From assembly GCF_009914755.1 (NCBI RefSeq), contig NC_060932.1: 64,000 nucleotides of DNA; one strand, written 5' to 3'. Every line of letters starts with the position of its first letter. The first letter of the stretch is position 1. The notes below the pieces were generated by a model. That model worked only from the letters and a program-made list of their open reading frames with translations, searched no databases and was not told where the DNA came from. This DNA comes from the human T2T-CHM13v2.0 reference genome, Homo sapiens. The position numbers were made by a program, and so were the translations under genes. Below, one piece after another: positions 28,264 to 46,529 of the stretch.

Positions 28264-29220
28264 TCATTGTCTCAAATCCCAAGTGCTCAGAATGGTAGCT
28301 GGCACATGATAAGTGGTTAATACATTTTTATAGACTTTATAGCTATGATTCCAATATTGTCACTGGCCTATTTCAGATCTGTCCAATAGAAAAGTAATTA
28401 AGCTATATTGAATTGTAAATTTTCAATTTTGTAGTAGCCACATTAAAAAACAGTTAAAAGATTAGGTAAAAGTAATTTGGGGAATATTTTTTATAATACA
28501 CTCTTACCTCATACCGTATTTAAAAATATTAGCTTGTAACAGTTCAAAGACCTAAATGTAAGAGCCAATACTATAAAACACTTAGGAGGAAACATGGGTG
28601 TAAATTTTCATGACCATGGATGAAGCAACAGGTTATTTGAGATGACACGAAAAGCATAAAAAACAAAAGGAAAAATAAATTGGATTTCATCAAAATTTAA
28701 AACGTTTGTATACTAAAGAATACTGGCAAGAAAGTGAAAAGACAACCCACAGAAAATACTAACAAATTATATAACTGAAAAAGTATTTGTATCCAGAATA
28801 TGTAAGGAACACTTACAAATAAACAATAAAAAGACAACCCAATTTCTAAAATGGGCAAAGGATTTGAGACAGTTCTCTAAAGAAGATAGACCAATGGCCA
28901 ATACTTGCGTGAAAAGGTGCTCCACATCATGAGTTGTTAGGGAAATGCTAGTCAAAAACCACATGAGCTACCACTTGATACCCATTAGGATGGCTATAAT
29001 TTAAAAACAGAAAAAGACAGAAAATCACAAGTGTTGATGAGGATGTAGAGAAATTGGAATCCTTACACATTGGTGGTGGGAATGTAAAATGCTGTGAAAA
29101 ATGATTTGGTAGCTCCTCAAAAAGTTAAACATAGAGTTATCATATATTCCAGCAATTCCACTCCTAGGTTTACACCCAAGAGAACTGAAAACATATGTAC
29201 ATACAAAAACTTGTACACTT

Positions 29221-29540
<320 letters not shown>

Positions 29541-29889
29541 TTACTCATGGCAGTGAAAAAGCAGAAGCAACCCAAATGTTAACTGATGAACTGATAAACA
29601 AAATATGGTATATCCATAAAAGGAAATATTATTCAGCTATAGAAAAGAATGAAGTACTAATATATATTACAATATGGGAAAACCTTGAAAGCATTATGTT
29701 CATTGAAATAAGCCAGACACAATAGTCCACATATTGTATGATTCTATTTATAAGAAATATCCAAAATAGAAAAATCTATAGAGACAGAAAGTAGACTAGT
29801 GGTTGCCAGTGTTTGAGGGGAGGCTCAAACTGGTAGTAACTGCTAACCTGCAATGGGGTTTCTTTTTGGAGCAGTAGAAATGTCCTGGA

Positions 29890-30190
29890 GGCCGAATATG
29901 GTGGCTTACGCCTGTAATCTCAGCACTTTGGGAGGCCGAGGCAGGCAGATCATGAGGTCAGGAGTTTGAGACCAGCCTGGCCAACAGGGTGAAACCCCGT
30001 CTCTACTAAAAATACAAAAATTCCCGGGAGTGGTGGCATGCGCCTGTAATCCCAGCTACTTGGGAGTCTGGGGCAAGAGAATCGCTTGAATCAGGGAGTG
30101 GGAGGTTGCAGTGAGCCGAGATCACACACTGCACTCCAGCGTGGGTGACAGAGCCAGACTCCATCTTGGGGGCAGGGAACAAAACAAAAC
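29890..30190 (+). mobile_element. AluS in L1
   Basis: TSD AGAAATGTCC(T/C)GGA. Confidence 0.92.
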
Positions 30191-30356
30191 AGAAATGTCC
30201 CGGAATTCCACAGTGGTGATAGTTTCACAACTTTGTGAATATACTAAAAACCACTGCATTTAACATTTTTAAAGGGTGATTTTTATATAGTGTGAAATTT
30301 TATATTATGTGAATTATATCTTAGTTTTTATTAAAACCAATGTATCTAAAATATTA

Positions 30357-30604
30357 CAGGTTGACTATCCCTAATCTGAAAATCCAAAATCCAAAATTCT
30401 CCAAAATCTGAAACTTTCTGAGCACCAACATACTAACATGACACTCAAAGGAAATACTCAATGGAGCATTTTGCATTTTGTGTTTTCAGATTAGGGATCC
30501 TCAGCTGGTAATGTAAATATTCCAAAATCAGAGAAAATTCAAAACCTGAAACACTTCTGGAGTGTTTCTAAAGTATCCCTTTAAAATAAAGAATAATCAA
30601 CCTG
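30357..30604 (+). mobile_element. Tigger4a/MER46-like TcMar MITE
   Basis: Terminal inverted repeats CAGGTTGA...TCAACCTG, flanked by TA TSDs (30355-30356 / 30605-30606). Confidence 0.85.
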
Positions 30605-32339
30605 TATCATTTTAGCATGTAATTGATATAAAAAGTTATTAATGAGGTAATTTACATTTTTCCCATGCTAAGTCTTTGAAATTCCGTGTATATTTTGTAC
30701 TTACAGCACATCTCAATCTGAACGCTACATTTTCTTCTGAAATATTGTATTTAGATTTCATAAAATTTACAATGAAAAAAGTAGACTCACAAACCTAAGT
30801 GGTCTCAAGCATGCTTCAAAGTTTTCCAGTAATGGAATCAAGTATCAGTGCTTAAATTTTTGTTTTAATTAAAATTAAACAAAATTTAAATTGCACTAGA
30901 CACATTTCAGGTACTCAATGGCCACATGTGGCTAGTGACCACCCGAATGCACAATGCAGGTCTAAGGCAGACTGCTAAGCCTATCTCATTCTGCTATTAT
31001 CATTCTAAACTAGTGTTTTTGTTTTTTCCCAGTACCATTCAACTGTGATTGTTTCAGTCACTGTCCTATTTAAAGCAGAACCATATTTGGGGAAAAGGGT
31101 CTTTCAATATTCTTCCTCCTCCCCTGGTCCTTCCTCCTCTCCTGCTTCTTTACTCTGGAAGCATAGGAAGCTTGTGTTGACGTCACGGTGGTGGGTTGCC
31201 CTCCGATATCCCTCCCCTCCACCTCTCTTAGTAACCTCTCAATTTGTTTTGGGCAGCAATGCACAAATGGAATGACATAGTCTTGGCTAGTGAGGTATTA
31301 GAAAAGCCTAACCCATCCATAGAAGAGAGATCACTGGTCTATGTACATCCTCTGGGTCAGTGGTGATACAGCTGTTCCCATCTAGCCTTTGAATGTGCAC
31401 CAATATCATTTACCTATGTACTGAGCCTTCTCCTCATCCCAAACCAACTTCTTGCCCGTTGGGACTTCTGTGTAGTCCCAGCAGGACATATGGCAATCTC
31501 TGGACCATCTGCACACCACACACAGGTCCCTTCTCTGCCTGACCATGCCACGTCGCCCTTTCTGCTCTTTTGCAGCCTTCCCTGGTGAGGAGGGCTCCTC
31601 TCACATTTCCAACTGTAAGTGAGGCACAGGCCCTTTCTGACTTTGGCTTTCCCTTTAATCTAGCAGAGGACTCCATTGTTTCCATAGGCCCCTCTTCCAA
31701 AACATTCAAGCTGTGGCCCAGCGGTAGTCATACCTATTTCAAAGCTCGTGGCTCTTGCTGCTGCTCATGCTCTCATGTACTATCTCAGTTATATTCTCCT
31801 ACCATGTTCGGCATCTTCTCTGTCTTAGAGCTTGTGGTGAACCATTTACGCATACCTCCCAGATGTGCTTTTGAGGCCACCTCTAAACTAGAAGAAATAA
31901 ATGAAATACAACACAGATGACCTTCACTTTGGGTTTCCTCTCAATGAGTTTAGGCTACACTACACCCATTGGCATGGGGGGATATCTCAAGAATTCTGAA
32001 CATGCATAATTGAATATACTTCTACTGCAGCAGAACCTAGTTGGATTCTAGCAAAATGCTCCAATTTAATCTGTGTTTAATATTTTTCTGTTGCTCACCA
32101 AACTGAATTAATTTGGCAATATATTGCAAAAAGAAGTGCTTAAAAATAATTTCCAAAAAAAATGGCAATATATCAAGACCCAGATTTCAAAAAGATAATC
32201 ATAGTAAATTAAATCTTAGAGTACTTCTTTAGCTCTTAAAAAGATTCTTTCATATCTATTACAATAAAACCTTTATTTAACTAGAATGAAGTATTTTACT
32301 CACATTATCTGGTTAAAAAGTAAACAAACCTGAACCAGT

Positions 32340-32850
32340 GCATCACTTAGAAATATATTTGGCTACAAGTAAGAGAAACCCTGACTCAACTGACTTAAAA
32401 AAATAAAGACTATTGTTCCATGTAATAGTGAGCCCAGAGTTGGGTGGTGTCAGAGTTTCAGCAGTTCAGTGTTATCACCTAGATCCAAATGATTTTGTAT
32501 CTTTTTACTGTAACATCCTCAGAAAGTTGGCTTCAGCAGCAGTGGCAGCTTCCTGAGTTGCCAAAATGTGACACAAGCCCAGGTATCCCCTCATCACACA
32601 GCAAGTCTCAAGGCATTTACGCAGTCATCCTCTATCTAGAACAAGGAGACACTTCCCCCAGAAGTCCCCATAGACCTCTCAGGTCTCTTTGGCCAGAATC
32701 ACATCACAAGCCATGATTGGCTTAGAATAACCAAGAATTATTCCTTAGGCTCAGAGTGGCCTTGTCCTAAACCCGAAGATTAAGCAAAATTCGGGTTCTA
32801 TTAGCAAGAACAAAGGGGGCTGGCTGGTGGGTGGTCAACCAAAAATATCT
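32340..32850 (-). mobile_element. Old MaLR LTR (MLT1K/L-like)
   Basis: tttggctacaagtaagagaaaccctgactcaactgacttaaa...ttggccagaatc...gggttctattagcaag. Confidence 0.6.
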
Positions 32851-34172
32851 GTCAAAAGCATCCTTTTTTTTTTTGTTTTTTTGGTTCAAATGTTTGGCTA
32901 ATCTTCCTTTCATGTGTGGTGGTCCACATTCTGCCTTTCTGATAACTGGAGATGTTGAAATAACCTCAGCTCACTAAACTGTGAGCATCAATTTTTCATT
33001 ATAATGGGCTGTAGGATTAGGAGGTTTGGAATAATGGGCTGAATTTTTATTGGCTACTAACATGTATTTTGGAAGGTGCATTTTGGGCAAATGATCAACA
33101 TTTGTTTCTTTGGCTATGATTTACTGTTTAATTCCAAAAGCAGTGTGCTGAAAAATGTTGCTGACTGTACTGCCAGCCTCCTGTTTTAGTTGTTTGGCTA
33201 TCGGTCACTTCCATTTGATTCCATAACAATCTACAAAGTAGGGTAAGTACTAGAACTTCTAACTAAGGTCAGAGAAGTAAAGTAACTCTCCTAAGGCCAC
33301 ATAGCAAGTTTTAGGCTTCCTAGCTGCAGACTTCTCACTAAGTGTAGTGTGATGAGCAAAACAGCTCATTATACGAGAAAGAAGTCTCGCATAATGACCT
33401 GAAAACAACCCTGGCAGCTCACTCTGATTACCAGTACCATGAGCTAGAAGGGATGAAAGACCTTCTTCTCCCAGCAGAAGGGGCTGCACTCAAGTGCAAT
33501 ATTCCAAAGGACTGGTGGTGTCCTCCCCACTGCAGACTGTAGCATCCTTTGGACCCCAAGGTCCCCAGATGCTAGGCAGCTGGCTTTCCAAGGTACTCCT
33601 GTAAGCAGCCAAGCCCCCAAATCTAGACTGCCTGAACCAAGATGCCTAGGCATCCCTTCACTGACAAGGCAGCTTTCTCAAGCTTGCTTTATAGAAAAGG
33701 TAGAATCGGGGGGATATCGTTCCTCTGTTAGAATAAGGACTCACACTACATGTCTTGCAGAGCACTGTAACTTACCTTATAGATTTACCCTTTCCCCAGG
33801 AAAGCCTATTTCTTAACCCAAACTAGGTGAGCTTGTAGAACTCAATGGCTGCATACCAGGTGGTGACTCGGAAGGGACCCAGTTTACACCACAGACACCC
33901 GCTTCTTTTATATAGGTAGAAGGATGTGTCATCCAAATGTCCCTACAAGTGCAAAGCTATTAATATAGTGCTGCATTAAAAAAAAATTCATAGAAAAATT
34001 GTTTCACCCTTAAAGTGATGCTTTCTAGTTATATTACATGCATCCATTTAAGTCATCCAATCTTGTCTCTACAAGATAGAGTATGTATAAACACATATCA
34101 ATAAATGTTATACATCATACATTGTTGTATTCGAGACTTCATCTTCTTTCGCTTTTTGTTGCCCCCATTTCA

Positions 34173-34173
<1 letters not shown>

Positions 34174-34207
<34 letters not shown>
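34174..34207. repeat. (AC)17 microsatellite
   Basis: Read directly. Confidence 0.96.
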
Positions 34208-34209
<2 letters not shown>

Positions 34210-34261
34210 ATCCCCTCATGAACTTTCTGACAACAACTCACCAATGCCATTGCTAAAGTAG

Positions 34262-34711
<450 letters not shown>

Positions 34712-34989
34712 TAAAGGAGCAGGTTTCTCAGTAAAGCATTAGTCTACCCTCATGGGTTTTCCTTTGATTACTCTTTGGGATACTCTCCCTCTTAATCACA
34801 TATGCTAGAGACCACGAGTTTCAGACCAGCCTGGACAACATCGCAAGATCTCTGTCTCTGCAAAAAACAAACAAACGAAAAAAAATCCAAACCAGAAAAA
34901 CAAAACAAAAAAAAACATAATGGCTTATTTCATTGTCCTCCTAAGGTTTTCTTAAAATTGATTTTTAAATGTTCATTAATTTTTACATT

Positions 34990-36200
<1,211 letters not shown>

Positions 36201-36245
36201 ATATTTTCTTCCACTGAAATCCTGTGTTTCTGAAAATCTTCATAA

Positions 36246-36752
<507 letters not shown>

Positions 36753-37510
36753 ACAACAGAAGGTTTCTACTAAGCATTTATTTCTTTAGATCTAGAGGGA
36801 GTTTAGGTCATCACAAATCTCCTATCAATATGCAAATATTCCCAGGTCAGGGAAGTAATTTAAACCTGGGGGGACTTACTTGTCAAATAAAGGAAAGCAG
36901 AGTCTTTTGTGACAGTAAATAAAATATACGGACAAGAAAGAGAAAGAGAGAATCTATGTAGGAGGCTAAGACATGTCAAAGCCAAACCACAATATACAGT
37001 TTTGCCTAGAGCCAGGTGTTTGAGACCTGGCTTAAACCTTAAAAAAGTACGGTTTATCTATAGGGAATAACTCTAATCCCCATTCCTCAAGGGATAACAG
37101 CCAGAACCTAGAAATAGAGTCAAGATCATGGTCATCAAAACACAATTCTCTGGCCCCAGGCTTGTTTGCTCTATAGAACTGAAGTTCCTCAATTTCCTCC
37201 ACTTCATTCTGGGAGGCATTAGACGATGTCTTGTGCACGTCTGAGAATGAATCCTCTCCCTCCTTGACCTGCTGAGGCTGTGAGTTTCTCCTGGGCATGC
37301 CCGCAAGGCCTGTGCCAAAGGTCTGGATGCCTGCCTGGAGCTGATTTCCTCTCCCATGCCATCTCTGGTCCAGATGTAGGCTTGGTTCAGCCCATGCCTC
37401 TGCTCAGCTGCTTTGCCCGTTCCGAGTTCTAAGACCCGAATGAGGAATGTTCCCTTTGTCCTCTAAATCCCCATGTTTTCCCTAGAAACTTCACTGAAAC
37501 CCTGTTTTGC

Positions 37511-37645
37511 ATATATATATATATATATAGTAGAGACGGGGTTTCACTATGTTGGCCAGGCTGGTCTCGAACTCCTGACCTTGTGATCCGCCTGCCTTGG
37601 CCTCCCAAAGTGCTGGGATTATAGGTGTGAGCCACTGCACCTGGC
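37511..37645 (-). mobile_element. Alu left monomer with (TA)n
   Basis: Reverse left arm only, preceded by (AT)n. Confidence 0.85.
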
Positions 37646-38029
37646 CTCCTGTTTTGTACTTTCGATTGCAGCCTCTTCTCTTCAAGGTTTGGGTATAGCT
37701 CATGGGGGCAAGACTGGGGCCACCTATGGGACAGACTAGGGCTGTACTGATAGAGCCACCCCTTATCACTGACTCAATGTTCTTGGACTGTCTTGCAACT
37801 CTCTTCTCTTTCCTCAGGATGAATTCTCAGTTCATCCTGAGGAAAGAGAAGAGAGTTGCAAGACAGTCCAAGAACTAAGGCTTTTTGTTCCTTCATGTAA
37901 GTAGGCCACCCATAACTGCTTCCCCTTCTGTTTCTTTTGAGGCACGACTGAATTACGAGGAGATCCCAGCTGAAGCTATCAGGATGGGACACTAGTTTCT
38001 GAATAAAAATAAATGGATGCAGACTTCAA

Positions 38030-38494
38030 GTTACATTACTGCATTCCACTGAGAGAGAGTCTTATATCTTCAACTCCTTGCTTATGAGCTTGGCCATGTG
38101 ATTTGCTCTGGCCAATGACCCATTAGCAAATGCGACACAAACAGAGTCTTGGAAACAGTTCTACAATGGGAGCTGCCTTCTTTTCTTCTTTTGGAAGACA
38201 GTAGCCAGTAGCCTGAGGTAGGTGCTAGATGCTGCAGACACAGGGCCCAGTTGCTTTTGCACCATAGCCAACTACCAGATGTGTGAGTGGGGCCATCTCT
38301 GATCAATCAGCTTCTGGCTGACCTGCCAGCTGACTGCAGCCACATGTGTGAGCCCAGGCGGTACCAACCAAATAACCACCTAGCTAAGTTCAGTTCAAAT
38401 TGCCAACACCTGGAATCATGAGCTGCTCAGTAATTATTGTTTTAAGTCACTAAATTCTGGATTGGTTTGTAAGGCAGAAACAGATAAATGATAC
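38030..38494 (+). mobile_element. MaLR LTR (MLT1G/H-like)
   Basis: ttggccatgtgatttgctctggccaatg...ttgttttaagtcactaaatt...gataaatgataCA. Confidence 0.75.
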
Positions 38495-40247
38495 ACTGTT
38501 GGGTGGGCAGAAGAGGAATTGATGGAATAAGCATCCATAATTGATTGAGGAGATAAGACCTAAGGTCCTTTTCAGATTCTGAAATTATATGATTTGATGA
38601 GAAAATCCCAATGTCTGCAATAAGTGTAATGCATGTAATTTAAATTTATAATTTAAGAACTTTTCCTCTCTTCTCCTATCTTTTACGTTTACAATCTCAG
38701 AGATATGTGACTGATTATCTACACCGGGATCTTATTACTTCTTGGCCATGCCTTGTTCTGTTGCCACCAAGTACCCCAAGTACACAACCTTTCTTAAGTG
38801 TGCACTGTTTGTAAAATTTAACTTTGCATCATTCATATCCTAATCTTGAATAAGAGCTACATACATAAAAAGAGTTGAGACTTATGTATGAATTAATTTT
38901 TTAAATAAAAAGATATTGAGATCACTTGCAAAGTCACACACAACCATAAAGAATGCAGCTGCCATAACATTAAAGGAAATTACCTTTGGCTTCCATCCAG
39001 TATGATGCAATTTTCAAGGACTAAGACAGAGGCCTTGAAAATGGGCGGCAATAATGGAAATGCTGACATATCCATAACTCCCACTGCTTAAGGAATGGTA
39101 AAGAAAGACTAGAATAATAATGACACATTTAGAATCCCCAGTATTTTTACCTAGTGTTGGCAGCAAGTGATGGAACAGGCTTTCATAATAACATTATAAT
39201 TAAATTACAAATTGTTTGTCTAAATAATTTCTCAAAGTCAAGAAAAACAGTGCTGTATTTAATTTGGGATAAGATTTCATTTTGCTGAGGTTTTTGCTTC
39301 CTGCTCCCAAGTGAGAGGTTTCTCAGATAAGACCCTACCCTGTCCTGGTTTACATACCTGGTGTCCACGGAGGGAAATGCAGGACAGAGGCAGATGAATC
39401 TTTGTAAACAACAGGTACTGTTGCACTAAGGACTGTAGGCCTGGAGTTCTTGGAAAATGTCCTTTTTCACCTCCCCCCTCCCCTTCCCTGGTTTTGACAC
39501 AGTTTTCTCTTTGAAAACACAGGGATATCAGGAAAGAGTGTGAACAGAGTCTCATCTCCATTTATGCTCTCCCCATACCCCCTGCTCTGCTTGCAAGTCC
39601 CCCGAGGACCTCAAAGGGTATCCTCCTCCAGATACTGAGAGCTGACCCAGCAGGAGGGGCCCGGGAAAGTTTGAAGGTGCAGCCACCCTTATTCATTACA
39701 GAATGTCCTCTCTTCTTATCTTGCCTTTTTTTAGCCTGAAGGACAAAGAAAGAGAGAGGAGTCTCGATTTTCCTTGTTAATCTGCTCCAGCTGGCAGCCT
39801 GTCCAACATTTGAAATCATCTGTGATGTAACAATTATTTTTTTAAAACACTAACATCCCATTTTATGTAATTTTATGGGATAACAGGATGGCAATTTAGC
39901 TTAGAAAACATTTTGACCAACGATCATTCAGACAAATAAAAATGAGGACAAAAAGGATGACTGTGACAAGCAAAATAGAACAGCCTGCTATGCCAAGAAC
40001 TGAACATGAATCATGCTTTCCAAAGGCCACATTGCTTATCTGTTCTATAATAACCTGGAACCTCCTCCTCATCAAGTCTCTCTTGGGCTCCTTAGTAGCC
40101 CAAGGTTAACAGAGGTATGGACTTAGAACAGGTGGATACACAGAACCTCAGACTCACAGCTGAAGGGACCTCAGGGTTCATTTCAGTTCACCACGTCTAC
40201 TGGATTCCCCATGCCGGTCTGGGAGTTGGAGAAATTGGTGTAGAGTG

Positions 40248-41021
<774 letters not shown>

Positions 41022-41264
41022 GAGAGCTTAGGCAAATGTCCACGATCACACAGCCTGTGATGACAGAGGAGACGGGCGCGTGTAGGCCCTGCCATCCCCA
41101 TTCCAGAGCTCTGTCCTTTGTCCAGGGCTTTCTTCCTCTGAGGCTTCATGCATCAGTTGTCTGTGTTGTCTGTGTAAGTTTTCTCCATCTTTTATTTTTG
41201 TTCTGGATTTCTAAAATAATTTCCTTCAAATAGACTTTTCTTGTCTTCTGACCCCTGCTGCATA

Positions 41265-42060
41265 CAACTTTTTATTTGGAAAAATTTAAAACCTAAGATA
41301 AATTGAGAGAATAAGTCAATGAACACACTCCCTTCACCCTGATTCACTGATTCACATTGTGCCACGTCTGTTTCCCTTTTACTTTCTCCCATGTGTATTT
41401 ACTTTTTTCTGGAACCATTTGAAAGTTGCAGATCTCATGACATTTCATATCTAAAATATTTCAGCATGCATCTCCTAAGGACAAAGACACTCTCATAACA
41501 ATCAGATTCAGAAAATTTAATACCAATTCAAAATCATTATCTAATAAAATGACCATATTCACATTTCTCCAATTGTCCCCTAAATATCCTTTGTAGATAT
41601 TTTCTTCCTTTCTTCCATTTCTTCCCCTCTGCTTTCCTTTCCTTCATTTTTAGACCCGCCACCCAAACCACCCAGCCATCATGCCTCTTTAGTCTCTTTT
41701 AATGTGGAGCATTCTCCCACCTTATGTTTATTTATCTATTCTTTTTGTCTTTTACAATATTGACATTTTTGAAGGGTCCAAGACATTTGCCCTACGTGAT
41801 GTCCCACAATCTGAATTTGTCTGCTTGTTTCCTCATAATTAGATTCAGATTAGATATTCTTTGGTAAGAATTTTACCTAGGTGATGCTGATTACCTAGGC
41901 GATTGCATCTCACTGGGAAGAACAGGGTGTCAGTCAATCATCACCCTTATTAACGATGTTGGATTCATTGGTTATGGTGGGACCTGTCAGATATTCCCAT
42001 TGTAAAAGTATCTTTTTCCTTGTTGTAATTAATCAATAATCTGTGTGGGATATTTGAGAG
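41265..42060 (-). mobile_element. Old L1M (L1MC/ME-like) 3' end
   Basis: gaaccatttgaaagttgcagat...cagcatgcatctcctaag...tttcctcataattagattcag. Confidence 0.65.
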
Positions 42061-42170
42061 AAGACTTGTTCTTACTCATTTAATACAGTACATCCAGGGT
42101 TAAAAACAATATTGACTTGATATTAGATATCTCTCCATAGCTGAAACGCAACCCCTAACATGTCCTTTTA

Positions 42171-42172
<2 letters not shown>

Positions 42173-42204
<32 letters not shown>
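42173..42204. repeat. (GT)16 microsatellite
   Basis: Read directly. Confidence 0.96.
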
Positions 42205-42207
<3 letters not shown>

Positions 42208-44688
42208 ACCAGGGGTGGAGGTTGGGTTAAGGTTAAAACTAACTTTCCTCTTTTATAAACCACCAGCCTACAGACATCTGAAGGTCATTCTCATGTCTTT
42301 ATCAGTACATGTATAATATTATCCAGGTTTTGGCCTCATCTAAGCTTTCTGACCCCTATTAAAATTTGTGTGGAAGCTTAAGACGGCATAAAAGGTAAAG
42401 TGTATCTTTAAAGGTAAGTTATGTGTATAAAAAGGTAAGTACATCAAAGAGCAAAATGTTAGATAGGTAACCCCAAGGCTTAAACCATAAAATGACATTA
42501 TGTAAATCAAAGTTTTGCTTCTCAGCATGTCAAGGCCGAAGTATCACGGATAACATAGAGCTTATTCTGTGACACTAGCAGCAGGGTGATCTTTTCCTTG
42601 CTGGCTACCACAAAGGATGTGAACTTGAGAATGCAGAACAAAAATAGATCTCCAAAGCCATGTCAATCATTTTTGAGAGGTCGAAAATACTCTCTGCTTT
42701 AAATGGAAGTTACTGCTTTGGTAATCAGTGTAACAACATTAAAAACACACACCTGTTTCTGAGTGAGTCTCAAACACAGTGCTCAGAGTCGAAAACGCAC
42801 CAAGCCCACCCTCAGAGCATTCCTATGCCACTGTGGGGCTGCATCTGCTGTGGGATTCCTGTGGAATTCTTTTTGTATCATTTTCCCCACTAGGTTGCAA
42901 GTTCCATGAGAACGGGATCTTTGTCCTGTTTTATCTCCAGTGTCAAGAACACTGTCTGGCACACATTGGGTGTCAAATAATTATTGGCTGGATGAATTAG
43001 TGACTAAAAGTAGTGCTCTTCAAAGTTAGGTCAACTCAACCTTTCCCTAGACTTTCTAAGCAAGAGATGTAACCTTCTGTCTCCTCCACTCCCTTTTAAC
43101 TTAATTACAAAATTTGTTTCTGGGGAGTGTGTAAAGGGGAATAAAGGAGCCCTTTTCAGTTTCTCTCTCTCAACCTCCAACAGCTCAGCTAGTCATTTCA
43201 GGCAAGACAGGCTTCAAGGCACAGCCCTGTGTGCCAGATCAGGTTAGGATTGCTCTCCTAGAGGCCATGTATCTTCTTTTCTTTGCAAAGCTGGAACCAG
43301 GAAGGACTCACCCATCCTCACTGGTGAGCTCACCTCCTTCCAATATTTTCATTGCTGAGTTGCTAAAGGTCATGAGGAGAGGGCAGCCTGAGCATCGTTG
43401 ATAGAATGTGTAATTTGTTTAAAACTTCATATTATTTCTCAGCATGACTTTGTCTAGAAATAGTCCAATATCAAATTTTAATTTGCTTAAATATGTGACA
43501 GTTAAACAAAATAAATTATCTGCCTTTTGACGATTAGCATATTTATCGTTCATGTGTAGATGCCTTTTGTTTCAAGGAACCTGAAAGAACCAACCAGTGC
43601 ATATGAATCAGGACCCTCCAGACTTAGAGATGGTAGGTAGCCAGTGAACAGTAGAGGACAGAGGGGTCAGGAGAGAAGCACTCCTTCCAGAAGAAATAGC
43701 AATAATATCACTTAAAATATAAAAAGTAGTATCATGTGCTAGTGCTAGTGCATGTATAATACTTCTGTTTACAAGAGCCCTGTGAAATAAGAACCATTAT
43801 TCCCATTATAGAGAGCAGGAAACTGAGGCTTAGCAAGGCTGTGACTTGACAGTAGCAAGGGGTGGAGCAAGTATTTGATGGAGCGGGTCTGACCTCAGAG
43901 CCCTTGCTTCACCACACACATGAGAAATGTGTCCAAGCGCATGGTAGAGACAGAAGCCTGTTATTTACTATTGTTGTCTGGCAAGTTTTCAAGGAAATCT
44001 TTGATCATTTCTTAAAATGCTTATGTTGGGAGAAACCCAGGACAGATAAACTCCTGTTAGATTACTGCCTCAGAGTTCAGATAGAGGAATCCCTATACTC
44101 TTCATAAGAATTTTTTGATTATTTAGTCCTTTTATCATCTTTGTGGTTCTCCTTGAATCGCACTTCAAAGATGACACATTCCAGAAAAGTATGGATATAG
44201 TTCAATTCCAGAGAGGCATTTATGTGCAAATCCATGAAAAGCTCTGCTATTGTAGGTGCATTGAATGAAGGACACTGGGCAGTCAGCCTTCATCATGGCC
44301 AAGTTAAATATTCTATTACTGCTGACTTGCTTAGACACCCGAATCCAATGGCTTGTCCCTTCTCTCCTTCCCTTGCAAAATATCAGAGGGGAAAAAAGAC
44401 CCATATATACAAAGGTCCTTTTTATTTTTTAGCCTAACACCTAGAAATAAGTAGAAGGTTTACATTCATCAGGCCTAATTTTACCTAAACTGTTTAAGAT
44501 TTTATGCGGAGGGAATCCTTCCCAAACCAGTTTCATTTCCATGTAGGCAACAGCTGCTTTCCACAACTACAGTTCACATTCTCTACCACTGTGGGTACAA
44601 GTTTTCTTTCCTACTACTCACCTTGGCCCCCACTCCCCCAGACACATACAAGAAAAGCATCGAAAACCAGTTTTAAAAAGCAAGCATA

Positions 44689-44745
44689 GGCTAGGTGTGG
44701 TGGCTCACGCCTGTAATCCCAGCACTTTGGGAGGCCAAGGCGGGT
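44689..44745 (+). mobile_element. Isolated Alu 5' fragment
   Basis: ggctaggtgtggtggctcacgcctgtaatcccagcactttgggaggccaaggcgggt, then an abrupt end. Confidence 0.88.
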
Positions 44746-44875
44746 CTTTGAAATCCAAAAAGTTAGGAGCCGTGTTATAAACGATTACATTTAAGCTGGA
44801 GTTGGAAGAGACACACTCCTATATAAAGGAGTTCCTGCAATTTGCTTGTCAGTGGCTTCACCACATCTGAGTTAA

Positions 44876-45223
<348 letters not shown>

Positions 45224-46014
45224 TAAAGGCATAAAGACTATGTCTTACGCTTTTCTCCATTTGCAGAACACAGCAAAAACCCTAGAACACAAACATTCAA
45301 AGAGTGTTTATCCAATTAGTTTGCATATAACTAAGTCAAATGTAAAGAGAAGTTTCTCTCCCTAGACAAAACTGATCACCTTTTTTGCAAACTGGCATAC
45401 CACAACAGGCCCTGAAGGGAAGCCCCAAGATGTAAAGAAAGTTATAAGAACATTAAAATACCACAGGCACATAGTAATGGCTCAAGAACTGAAACTGAAA
45501 TTGAAATTGAGCTAATTAGTAAACACCATTGTTCAGAACAGTCTTGGCTAAGTAATAGGGGTTGTGTTTAAACCTTAAGGGTGACATCCATTTATACATA
45601 CTTCAAGTGGAAATGGAATTTCCAGATGCAGAATAGAATAAGTGCCATCAAAAGGTAGGGTAATTGCCAGCTGCAACTGAGATCCTCAGTGTTCATTTAT
45701 CCAGGTCATTTATTCGTGAGTCATGGATTTGTGGAATGAAAACTGAACACTGAGCCAGCAGTTCCCTGAAACTAGGAAAACAATAAGTTCTTATTTCCCT
45801 GACAAAATCTGGCTACAGTTCAGCAATGCAGTAAAAAATCCTTATGGATTTTCTCATTACATTGACAATTTCCCCTCATGGGGGGTGGAATCACCAAAAA
45901 CTTGTATCCTCTATATGCATACATTTCCCATGAACATAAAAAGTACAAGGAATAAAATTATAATCAATCATTTCATACACTACTAAATTCAGAGAATGTA
46001 AGCATACATAGTGT

Positions 46015-46193
46015 TATGTTATTTTTTATTTTTTATTTTTTTTAAGAGATAGAGTCTTGCTCTGTCACCCAGGCTGGAGTACAGTGGTATGATCATAGCT
46101 CATTGAAGTTTCAGACTCCTGGACTCAAGGCATCTCCCTACCTTGGCCCCCCAAAGTGCTGGGATTACAGGCATGAACCACTGTACCTGGTCC
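46015..46193 (-). mobile_element. Monomer-length Alu (FAM/FRAM-like or deleted AluJ)
   Basis: About 180-bp reverse Alu-like unit. Confidence 0.75.
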
Positions 46194-46529
46194 ATTAGCT
46201 ATTATTTTAACTCCTTAGTGGTATCCAAACATTCAGTTGTTTAGTGTTGACTGGAGGTTCAAATTTGGACTTACTTTTAGTAGTGATTAAACGGAGATGT
46301 GAGGCTACACAAAACTTTATGGATGAAACTGTGGCAGCACTGGCAATTGTAACCAGGGTCAGAGGAACAAAACTAGAAACCCAGAACATCAGCACTTGCT
46401 GGTGCTTATTTCCCTACTTTTCAAGATGAAAGGAACGGGAACAGCTCTGAGAACCAAACTTGAGGCTCTTCTAATCCAACACTTCTGCAAAAGCAGCATC
46501 ATGTAGGTTCCGCTATGTCATGTACTCAC

